This document shows positions 1 through 7,833 of a stretch of 64,000 nt of DNA, in pieces. The notes under the pieces were generated by a model. The model saw only the letters and a list, made by a program, of their open reading frames with translations, did not search any database and had not been told where the DNA came from. Every line of letters starts with the position of its first letter. Positions within the stretch are counted from its first letter, which is position 1. The DNA is from an uncultured Chloroflexia bacterium (GTDB lineage Bacteria; Chloroflexota; Dehalococcoidia; GIF9; UBA5629): contig CAVVVB010000014.1 of assembly GCA_963751585.1 (NCBI GenBank), forward strand, positions 81,828 through 145,827, written 5' to 3'. The position numbers and the translations under genes are program-made.

Positions 1-2
1 AC

Positions 3-275
3 TGGCCTCCGCTTATCAGCAGGCCAGAGATAGTGTCATGGCCAGTATGCCGCCAGGGAAATCCGAACTCTCAAGGTCAGGGGCAGGCATCTCCCAATAC
101 TCCCGGAGGCAGACAGAATTTCGGCAACTTTCGAACGGACATTTACAATAAAATGGCCGAGATTTTGAATATCCCCGCCGACCAGATCGCTGCCGCCTTT
201 TCTAAGTTCCAGCCACAGTTTCGGCCGAATAGGGGCTCGCCAACAACCCCGCCACCGACCCAACCGACCAACTAA
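3..275 (+). CDS. 3' end of a gene entering from beyond the window edge; low-complexity Pro/Gln/Gly-rich tail, product unknown
   Basis: The frame is open from the window edge to the stop at 273-275, with no upstream stop. The six-frame track reports 33..275. Composition is low-complexity, so coding status is uncertain. Confidence 0.2.
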   Translation, partial: WPPLISRPEIVSWPVCRQGNPNSQGQGQASPNTPGGRQNFGNFRTDIYNKMAEILNIPADQIAAAFSKFQPQFRPNRGSPTTPPPTQPTN

Positions 276-296
276 AGCACTTCTATATTTGGTCAG

Positions 297-1490
297 CTAC
301 TTGATTGTCTCAAAGACGGTATTTGGGGGGTAGATTTTCTCTACCCCCTTTCCTTCTCTGGATATGTCGGCTACCCTGATGATATCGATAGTGCATTTGT
401 CTCCGTTTACAGTGATCTTGGCGTAACCCAGAACATACTCCATACTGTTCTGATAGCCGGCAACCTTTTTTTCGTCTAGATCATAGGACGGTCCACCGCC
501 CATACCGTTAACTATATATTGGATACCGTGCGCATATATCCTTTCATAGGCGTGGATGTGCCCGTTAAACACCGCGTATACATGGTTTTGAATGAAGATA
601 TCCTCCCATAAATCCCTGAGTTGTGGATTACCCCCCCAATTCTTGGTATTCGAGCTATACAATGGATGATGGAAGAAAACAAATTTGAGCTTAGCATCAC
701 CGGCAATATCATTGCGAAGCCATTGTGTTTCAGCATCCAGGTCAGCCCAGTTATTACTGTCCATCAAGGTGAAATGGGCTTCTCCATCATCAAATGAATA
801 CCAGTCCGGGCTGCCAAAGGTCTCCTGGAAGAGCTGTTCATTCTCATCATGATTGCCGCGCACTACAAAGAGAGAAGTGCTAGCCAGCATCTTTCTGGCG
901 GCCTCAAAGAACCTGTTCCATTCATCGGGGTTGTCAGCTTGGCCGACCACGTCGCCGGTATGTATGACAAAGGATATGTCGGGCTCAGCGGCAATACGGT
1001 CGGCGACTAATCGATGTCTGTCCAGTTGAGTGAAAGTTGGTAATTGTTCCTGAGTGTCTCCGTACACGATGAATTTGTATGAGTTACCGCCCAACGTTCT
1101 GAACGTATAGTCAGGCGTGTTTTTATCTCCTATATCTACCCGGTAATGGTAGACTGTATCGGGTTGTAGCTGGACGAGATTAACGTGGTGCAGTTGCTTG
1201 TCTGTATCTGGCACACGAAGTTCGTACTGGCTTTGCCTCTTATTAGATACATTCGCAGAATATTCTACTGTGCCCTCACGTGACTCTTCGGTCTTCCAGT
1301 TTATTGTCGCCGAGGTGCTGCTGGTGTTGGTGATGTAAGGTCCCCATAACAAGGCCAGATTGTCTTCAACCGTACCCTTTTCAGTATTAACGGTCGGCTG
1401 ACAGGAGACCTGCGTAATAGCGGCTATTAAGACTACCAGGAACAAGCCGATAGTTGCCAGCCGGACTGGCTTATTCATCATCATTTCCAT
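297..1490 (-). CDS. Secreted metallophosphoesterase (purple-acid-phosphatase-like, with N-terminal FN3-like domain)
   Basis: N-terminal signal/TM (LATIGLFLVVLIAAI). Calcineurin-like phosphoesterase motifs GDTQEQ, GNHDENEQ and GHIHAYER. AAAGGA RBS before the ATG at 1490. Confidence 0.8.
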   Translation of the reverse strand: MEMMMNKPVRLATIGLFLVVLIAAITQVSCQPTVNTEKGTVEDNLALLWGPYITNTSSTSATINWKTEESREGTVEYSANVSNKRQSQYELRVPDTDKQLHHVNLVQLQPDTVYHYRVDIGDKNTPDYTFRTLGGNSYKFIVYGDTQEQLPTFTQLDRHRLVADRIAAEPDISFVIHTGDVVGQADNPDEWNRFFEAARKMLASTSLFVVRGNHDENEQLFQETFGSPDWYSFDDGEAHFTLMDSNNWADLDAETQWLRNDIAGDAKLKFVFFHHPLYSSNTKNWGGNPQLRDLWEDIFIQNHVYAVFNGHIHAYERIYAHGIQYIVNGMGGGPSYDLDEKKVAGYQNSMEYVLGYAKITVNGDKCTIDIIRVADISREGKGVEKIYPPNTVFETIK

Positions 1491-1510
1491 TTATCCTTTG
1501 CTGGTAATTA

Positions 1511-2557
1511 TCAGAAGAGATGGATCGCAGATCCTTTAAATATTACGTAAATCTGTTGGCCTTCCCGCAGACCCAATTCTTCAAAATGGCGGCGCGTGGC
1601 CAGGCAGGAAACAGCCGGCGGCAAATTTACCGTGACGAAGAGAATGGAACCCTTATTGATTATCCGAGTAATTACACCGGACAGACAATTATGTTCGCTG
1701 TCGTTGACAGGCTCGTGAGAAAGCAGGATATCTTCAGGGCGTATCGTGGCGTGCTCCATGCCGTCGGGGCTGCCGTCCAAAAGAAAATTAGCGCCGCTGG
1801 TCGCAAAAAAAGCCCGCCCGCTGGCGTTATGGACCACCTTGCCGGTGAAGATGTTCCGTGTCATGGCAAAACGGGCTACGAATTCCGAATTGGGATGGCG
1901 AAATATTTGTTCGGGCGTTCCCACCTGTTTCAATTTGCCCCCGGCGATAACGGCTATTTTATGGCCCAGTGCCACCGCCTCCTCGAAGTCGTGTGTAACG
2001 TGAATGGTGGTCATGTTCAGGTGTCGTTGAAGTTGGCGCAATTCGTCCTGTAAACCCTCGCGGGTTTCCGGGTCCAGTGAGCTGAGGGGCTCGTCTAATA
2101 GTAATACCGTAGGTTTGGTGACCAGAGCTCTGGCTAGAGCTACTTTCTGCTGTTCGCCCCCGCTTAAGGTAAGCGGTAATCGTTGAAGCAGAGGACTGAT
2201 TCCCAGGAGGCCGGTGATCCAATCAAGAGCCTCGTTTATGTCCTGCTTGCTTGTTTTGCGCAATCTCAGGCCAAAAACGATGTTCTCTTTCACGGAGAGA
2301 TGGGGAAACAGCGTTTGGTCCTGATATACGATGCCGACCCCTCTTTTTTCCGGTTCCAGATTGGTCACGTCGATATCCTTCAGCCATATCTGGCCGCCCT
2401 TGATCTGATGCAGGCCGGCGATTGACTCGAGGATGATTGTTTTACCGGCTCCGGTTGGCCCGAGGATAATGAAGTATTCGCCTTCGTTCACTTTGAGGCT
2501 GATATCGTCAATAGTGAAATTGCCCAGTTCCACTTTGAGGTTACTTATCTGTATCAT
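1511..2557 (-). CDS. wtpC: Tungstate/molybdate ABC transporter ATP-binding protein with C-terminal TOBE domain
   Basis: Walker A GPTGAGKT, ABC signature LSGGEQQKVALARAL, Walker B LLLDEP, and a ~110-aa C-terminal TOBE-like extension. Overlaps the permease gene by 4 nt (operon). Confidence 0.8.
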   Translation of the reverse strand: MIQISNLKVELGNFTIDDISLKVNEGEYFIILGPTGAGKTIILESIAGLHQIKGGQIWLKDIDVTNLEPEKRGVGIVYQDQTLFPHLSVKENIVFGLRLRKTSKQDINEALDWITGLLGISPLLQRLPLTLSGGEQQKVALARALVTKPTVLLLDEPLSSLDPETREGLQDELRQLQRHLNMTTIHVTHDFEEAVALGHKIAVIAGGKLKQVGTPEQIFRHPNSEFVARFAMTRNIFTGKVVHNASGRAFFATSGANFLLDGSPDGMEHATIRPEDILLSHEPVNDSEHNCLSGVITRIINKGSILFVTVNLPPAVSCLATRRHFEELGLREGQQIYVIFKGSAIHLF

Positions 2558-3345
2558 CTATCCTTGCCCCGGTAGGCCAGGCTTCTCAAGGTAACGAACA
2601 CGATTATGCTTATAAGAATCAGCAGGGCGGCTACTGGTCGCGCATAGTTCAAGCCGTAGGCTTCAAATCTTTCATAGAGAAGAACTGGGGCAATCATGGG
2701 GTGGTACGCCAGGATAATTACAGCACCAAATTCGCTTATGCCCCTCGCCCACATCATGATGTTGCCGGTGACGATGCTTCGCCAGGCGAGCGGCACTGAG
2801 ACTTTGGTAAAACTCTGCCAGGGTGAGGCACCCAGGGTGCGGGCCACTCTTTCCAGACGCACGTCTACCTTTTTGAAGCCATCTTTGGCTGAATTTATCA
2901 GGAAAGGTAGGCTCACAAAAAGCATGGCAATGACGATGCCCGCCGTGGAATCAACGAATTGAATACCTATGGCACCAAACATCTTCCCGACTATGAAGCT
3001 GCGCCCGAATACGAAGAGCAAGGCGATACCCGCTGCTGTATGCGGCACTACGATGGGCACGTCTATAAGCCCCTCTACAAACCTCTTTCCGGCGAAATCT
3101 GTTTTGGCCAGCACGTAGGCCAGGGGTATTCCGAACAGAAATCCTGCGGCAGTGGCTATGACTGCAGCAAATATGGTTAACTCAATGGCATTGATGACCT
3201 CGGTATCCAAGATCGTATCGAGCATTATCTTGGGATCGGAGGCTACGATCATCTTAACCAGAGGGACGATGATAAAAAGCAGGATTATCAGGCCCAGAAA
3301 GGCAAAGACAAGCGTCATTTTCTTGCTTGCGAGCCATTCTCTCAT
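2554..3345 (-). CDS. wtpB: Tungstate/molybdate ABC transporter permease
   Basis: 263 aa and polytopic, with an ABC-permease EAA-like loop (ARTLGASPWQSF). Translationally coupled to the ATPase. Confidence 0.75.
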   Translation of the reverse strand: MREWLASKKMTLVFAFLGLIILLFIIVPLVKMIVASDPKIMLDTILDTEVINAIELTIFAAVIATAAGFLFGIPLAYVLAKTDFAGKRFVEGLIDVPIVVPHTAAGIALLFVFGRSFIVGKMFGAIGIQFVDSTAGIVIAMLFVSLPFLINSAKDGFKKVDVRLERVARTLGASPWQSFTKVSVPLAWRSIVTGNIMMWARGISEFGAVIILAYHPMIAPVLLYERFEAYGLNYARPVAALLILISIIVFVTLRSLAYRGKDR

Positions 3346-3605
3346 GACGGTGCCGTCACTCCTTTAGCTCCTTCTCCCCCGATCGCATCGGGAGAGAGGT
3401 TTTCCTCCTTTTGAAAAGGAAGACTAAATCCCTCTCAATCTCCCTTTAGCGAAAGGGAGAAGTTTATCTCCCCCTTAGAAAAAGGAGGATTTGTTCAGCG
3501 GGCGCACCTGAAGGTACGCCCCTACGTTCTATACTATAGCACGCATGCACTGACAAACCCCTCTCAACCCCGATTTTATCGGGGGGGGTCAAGGGGATTT
3601 TGAAT
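3346..3605. repeat. Intergenic spacer inside the wtp operon carrying short palindromic repeats (CCCCCTT-loop-AAGGGGG type and CCCGAT-loop-ATCGGG type)
   Basis: Hairpin-forming motifs visible directly: ctcccccttagaaaaaggagg, cccgatcgcatcggg, ccccgattttatcgggggggg. The same motif family occurs at 32940-33420, 37440-37570 and 48086-48420. Confidence 0.6.
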
Positions 3606-4688
3606 TTACTGCACTATGGCGGCTATCTCCGGAGGCACTTGGGCCTTATTGTAGGCTATCGGCGGCGTTATACTGGGCTGATACGATTCAGCTAATATGC
3701 GCTGGCCTTCGGGGCCGAACAGAAACAGGAGAAACTGTATGGCTTCTTTGGGGTTCTGGGCGTTTCGGGGGATAGTGACGCCATATAATATGGGTTGGCC
3801 CTCAAAATCAGGGGCAATCGAGGCAAATCTCTGAAAATCGAGCTTAACCCTTACGTGACTATAATTGTCGGCGAATTCATCGGAGCTGAGGTCGATTTCC
3901 GACGGCAGTTCCAGGAAGTTCAAACCAGTCTGCCTGGCCACGCTCTCGTATTCAAAAGCGTAGTCAATGTCATGGGATTGCAGCAGGGCCAGCGTTTGTA
4001 TACTGTACGGCCTCATAACTACCTTGTTGTTAACGGGTTTTACTATTTCGGATACAGAAATTGCATAGGAGCCGTCAGTCGCCGAGACGCTTATGCTCTT
4101 TCCGAAGTTGTCGCCGATCAGCTTCTGGAAAATGGTACTATCGCCGTAATAGCCTTGAGCCAGCTGCACACACATAAGAGCCCTGTATCCCAGAGAATCG
4201 AAACGTGGGTCCGATATTCCGAGCTTGACGTCGGGACGCGACAAAATTGCGCACCAGTTCTGCGCATCTATTTCCGAGCTGTATTGGCTCTGGGGCGTAT
4301 AAGCGATGCCCAGCTTATTCCTGGCAAAGACTACGTACCAGTCCGCGTAAGGGCCTCGATTGTCCGGCATTTGCGCGTTGTACATCATGGCAGGTATGAG
4401 AGAATGATCAGCTACCGCTGCCACATCCACTTCATCATGCAAGTCCGTGATCTGCCGGATTACCTGCACGCTGCCGTGGCCCTCTATCAATACGTCTACA
4501 TCTGGGTGCCCGCTTTCAAACTCTTTCTCAATCTCTGTGAACGGCACCATCAGGCTGCCGGCATTGAAAACCTTTAATTTGATACTTCTTTGCCCTTCAA
4601 AGGCACAGGCATTTGAACTAGCTAGCAAGAGCGGGGCAATAATAGCCACTAAAAAGTAGAATATGACTTCTTTTCTTTTGACCGACAT
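3606..4688 (-). CDS. wtpA: Tungstate/molybdate ABC transporter substrate-binding protein, WtpA type
   Basis: Signal peptide. Strong similarity in pattern to the archaeal-type WtpA family (KVFNAGSL..PF.E.EKEFE..HP.VDV..E..GS....R.I..L...DV.A.AD..LIP..M, CGYRALMCVQLAQ). Confidence 0.75.
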   Translation of the reverse strand: MSVKRKEVIFYFLVAIIAPLLLASSNACAFEGQRSIKLKVFNAGSLMVPFTEIEKEFESGHPDVDVLIEGHGSVQVIRQITDLHDEVDVAAVADHSLIPAMMYNAQMPDNRGPYADWYVVFARNKLGIAYTPQSQYSSEIDAQNWCAILSRPDVKLGISDPRFDSLGYRALMCVQLAQGYYGDSTIFQKLIGDNFGKSISVSATDGSYAISVSEIVKPVNNKVVMRPYSIQTLALLQSHDIDYAFEYESVARQTGLNFLELPSEIDLSSDEFADNYSHVRVKLDFQRFASIAPDFEGQPILYGVTIPRNAQNPKEAIQFLLFLFGPEGQRILAESYQPSITPPIAYNKAQVPPEIAAIVQ

Positions 4689-4740
4689 GTAATGTGTCTC
4701 GACTACATTATTGTTTTGGAGTTATGACTTCTATTTTGTT

Positions 4741-5010
4741 TACCCACTTGACCCAGTGAAGCCCCTCGGTTAACAAAGGTTCGTCACCGAGGATAGCCAG
4801 CCGCAACGGCTTGCCGTAATCTTGGGTAAGCGCCTTGCCATCCTGTTCGTAGGCCAGGACCAGCCTCAGTTGCCCGTGGGTACCTCCTTCATTGTTTTAG
4901 GATCGTAAGTATTAAACTCTCCGTGAACCTGGTCATAGTCGAATATTGCCGAGTACCCATCGGTGGCCGACACCAGTACGGCATTTGAAGGCGTTAGCCC
5001 GCCGACAAGC
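4741..5010 (-). pseudogene. Degenerate or frame-broken second SUOX-fold-like domain continuing paralog A (two frame changes and one in-frame stop)
   Basis: Reverse-strand translation in shifted frames gives MLEDLCELVGGLTPSNAVLVSATDGYSAIFDYDQVHGEF...KEVPTGN, then LRLVLAYEQDGKALTQDYGKPLRLAILGDEPLLTEGLHWVKWVNKIEVI. This matches the family domain and the YedY/MsrP C-terminal motif GxPLRLxxPG..G...VKW...IEV. Confidence 0.5.
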
Positions 5011-6168
5011 TCACATAAGTCCTCGAGCATCGCGCCTCTCATCCGGGAAAGGTCCGTTTATGACACCGGCCGTGGTGAAGAATCCACCGGTCCCTTCATA
5101 TGCGGGCATTTCTCTGATGGCGTCGTAGCTGACCTTATTTTCTTTACCGTTGTTCCCGATGATGGTAACGTCCCAGGCAATGTTCGGATTGCTGGCTTGC
5201 GGCACATAAAAATAGACGGCCAGCGATGTTATAACGCATAGTACACCGGCCACGAGCAGGACAATGGCTCTGATATCAATCTTACCTGGTCTGGTTCTGA
5301 AACCTTTTTGCCTGATGACCAGATATATGCCCAGGCCCAGTAGAATTACCGCCAGAGCTCCTAGGGCAATCGGATCCCAGCGGTTATCGTTTGCAGGCTG
5401 GCCCTGTCCTTTTTCAACTGCCAGATTCTTGGGTACGCCTCCGGTATATATTCTGACCTCGGTAATCCATTTGCCCGAGAGCCCATTGGTGCTGGGAAAA
5501 CCTTCGTAGAAATGCTGGTATTTCTCCTGCGGCATGCAGACTTTCATGTCGGAGTTGCCGAATACGTATTGCCCCTCGGCGTTGGTCGTCCTGGGCATGA
5601 GCACCACCTGAATCGCCGTGCTATAGGCGTCACTGCCGGGGTAGCCGACACCGTAAGTTTCGCCAAATTTGGCATCTTCACCGTTATACCAGCACAAGGT
5701 AATCATCCCCTGCCTGTCCAGAGGCTCGTAGACATTGGGATAGGCGAAACTCTCCTGCCAGCCGTCAACAGCCACAATCATTACTTCGTCACCTGGTGAC
5801 ATACCACCGACCAGTTCACAGATATCTTTGATATTGGTACCTTTTACGGCTCCTTTGTCCTTGAGATTTGTCGTTTCCAGGGGGTCCCACATGTCTCCCT
5901 CGAACACGGGGCCCTGAAGGTAATAGTGTGTGTGGCCGTCTCCCTGCACCGGAAGATTCTTTTCCAACCACTGGTAAGTGACGGTCTTTTCGCCCAGTAT
6001 CTTAGTGCCATCCTTATCATATTTAACTATGTGTAATGAGCTGGTGGCGCCTGCCGCCTGTACCGGCGGCAATAGCGCGACCGAAATCGCTATACTGAGC
6101 AACAGGAGGACGCATATGACGCCAAGCTGGATCGGCTTTACGTACTTGTGGCCCTGCAATACGTTCAA
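5011..6168 (-). CDS. Paralog A of membrane-anchored protein family: N-terminal SUOX-fold-like (MsrP/YedY-like, Cys-less) domain, two TM helices, then start of a second domain copy
   Basis: Family motifs present: LPVQGDG, KDICELVGGMSPGDEV, AVDGW..F.YPNVY, ITLCWYNGED, QYVFGN, SGKWITEVRIY. Two hydrophobic helices (IALGALAVILLGLGIYLVI; AIVLLVAGVLCVITSLAVYFYV). Start codon is uncertain (TTG at 6168, no strong RBS). Confidence 0.6.
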   Translation of the reverse strand: MNVLQGHKYVKPIQLGVICVLLLLSIAISVALLPPVQAAGATSSLHIVKYDKDGTKILGEKTVTYQWLEKNLPVQGDGHTHYYLQGPVFEGDMWDPLETTNLKDKGAVKGTNIKDICELVGGMSPGDEVMIVAVDGWQESFAYPNVYEPLDRQGMITLCWYNGEDAKFGETYGVGYPGSDAYSTAIQVVLMPRTTNAEGQYVFGNSDMKVCMPQEKYQHFYEGFPSTNGLSGKWITEVRIYTGGVPKNLAVEKGQGQPANDNRWDPIALGALAVILLGLGIYLVIRQKGFRTRPGKIDIRAIVLLVAGVLCVITSLAVYFYVPQASNPNIAWDVTIIGNNGKENKVSYDAIREMPAYEGTGGFFTTAGVINGPFPDERRDARGLM

Positions 6169-6201
6169 TTTACTTGTCCAGTTTATTCGTTAACTGCTGT
6201 A

Positions 6202-7734
6202 TTAGCCACGCCGTCTTAAAAGAGCTACCAGAATGATGACTATGGCTGCGATTACCACAGCTATGGCCAATATTATGTACCACTGTATTGGCTGAGGCGG
6301 TTTTTCCGGTTTCGGAGTATTGGCACTATTCACCGGAGGCGCCGTCTTGATTTGTGCCTTTTGAATGAATTTGGCGGTAACAGTCTTGGCAGCATCCATA
6401 GTCACTGTGGTGGATGCCGAGCTAGGGTCGGCGATGCCGCTGCCGGTCCAGCCGGCAAACTGCCAGCCGCTGGCTGCAGTCGCCGTAATTTTGACCACGG
6501 TATCCTGGGCATAGGAATGATTTCCCGATGACGGTGTGATAGTGCCGCTGCCGTTTGTTGCCATGGTCAGTTTGTAATTCGTGGCGGCTGCCTGTTGTGT
6601 AAACTTAGCGGTTACGGTCCTGGCAGCGTCCACGGTAACCGTGGTGGCTGCCGATTTAGGGTCAGCGATGCCAGTGCCTGTCCATCCGGAGAACTGCCAG
6701 CCGCTGGCTGGGGTGGCGGTGATATCGACCACGGCCCCCTGGGCATAAGAATGGCTGCCTGATGACGGTGCGATAGTGCCGCTGCCGCTTACTGACATGG
6801 TCAGGTCGTAATTGTTAGCCGCTGCTTGCTGGGTAAAGTTGGCGGTAACGGTCTTGGCAGCGTCTATGGTCACCGTAGTAGATGCCGAGCTAGGGTCGGC
6901 GATGCCAGTGCCTGTCCATTCGGAGAACTGCCAGCCGCTGGCTGGGGTGGCGGTGATATCGACCACCGCCCCCTGCGTACAGGAATGGCTACCGGCTGCT
7001 GGTGTGATAGTGCCGCTGCCGCCCACTGACATGGTCAGGCTATAGCCTGCCGCCTGGTTGCTGTGAATATTTATCTGATTTACGTTCTTTACGGATAATC
7101 CGGTGGTAGTGGGATATTGCGTCCCGTCGGAAACGTAATAATGCCACCGGTTAGAAGGTAAATATTCATGCTCGTCCCAGTTGCCGAAAACATACTGACC
7201 GGCCGAGTTTGTAGTCTGGGCAAAGAATACCAGGCGTATACCATCTCCCCATGCCGGCACGTATTGCCCGTTATACCACCAGCAAAGGACCATCTTTCCC
7301 TGCTCAGGGTGTGGCGTATAGACGTTAGGGTAATCGAATGTCTTTTTGAAATTATCTACGGCCTTAACATCGACGGTATCCCCGGGAGACATGCCGCCTA
7401 CTAGCTCACACAGGTCTTTTAGGTCGGTGCCTTTATTGGCGCCCCAATCTTTGACATTGACCGTCTCGCTGGGATCCCACAGATTATTTGTGTCAAAGGT
7501 GGGACCCTGAAGGTATTGGTGGGTGGTGCCGTCACCCTGTACCGGCAGCGTGGACTCTAAGGTTTTAGAGTCAACGGTTTTTTGATTAATTACAGTGGTG
7601 CCATCGTTGGCATACTTGGTTACGGTAATTGATGTGGTGCCGTCTGCCAGCACCGGAGTCACGGACATGATACCGAGAACAGATGCCAGCAATATCAGAA
7701 GGCCGAGCATAGCTCGTTTCATCGGCTTAACCAT
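6202..7734 (-). CDS. Paralog B: signal peptide, SUOX-fold-like domain, 3 x ~93-aa InlB-B-repeat-like domains (GW motif), Pro-rich linker, C-terminal TM anchor with RRRG tail
   Basis: AGGAGGTG RBS 8 nt before the ATG at 7734 (MVKPMKRAML). Repeats YxLTMSV.GSGTI.P..GSHSYAQGAVVDITATPASGWQFSGWTGTGIADP appear three times. C-terminal WYIILAIAVVIAAIVIILVALLRRRG. Confidence 0.7.
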   Translation of the reverse strand: MVKPMKRAMLGLLILLASVLGIMSVTPVLADGTTSITVTKYANDGTTVINQKTVDSKTLESTLPVQGDGTTHQYLQGPTFDTNNLWDPSETVNVKDWGANKGTDLKDLCELVGGMSPGDTVDVKAVDNFKKTFDYPNVYTPHPEQGKMVLCWWYNGQYVPAWGDGIRLVFFAQTTNSAGQYVFGNWDEHEYLPSNRWHYYVSDGTQYPTTTGLSVKNVNQINIHSNQAAGYSLTMSVGGSGTITPAAGSHSCTQGAVVDITATPASGWQFSEWTGTGIADPSSASTTVTIDAAKTVTANFTQQAAANNYDLTMSVSGSGTIAPSSGSHSYAQGAVVDITATPASGWQFSGWTGTGIADPKSAATTVTVDAARTVTAKFTQQAAATNYKLTMATNGSGTITPSSGNHSYAQDTVVKITATAASGWQFAGWTGSGIADPSSASTTVTMDAAKTVTAKFIQKAQIKTAPPVNSANTPKPEKPPQPIQWYIILAIAVVIAAIVIILVALLRRRG

Positions 7735-7833
7735 TTGTATCCACCTCCTAGAAAGCCAAGCTGTAGAGACAGTGAAAAAGAGCCCCATCGATAGTCCCAT
7801 ATTTTCACTGAGTAACCTCCTTCTGTAATCTAC

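Noticed and set aside
3795-4577. 260-aa plus-strand ORF
   Set aside because: It lies entirely antisense to the well-supported wtpA, with Arg/Val/Gly-rich composition typical of reverse-frame ORFs in GC-biased coding DNA and no motifs.
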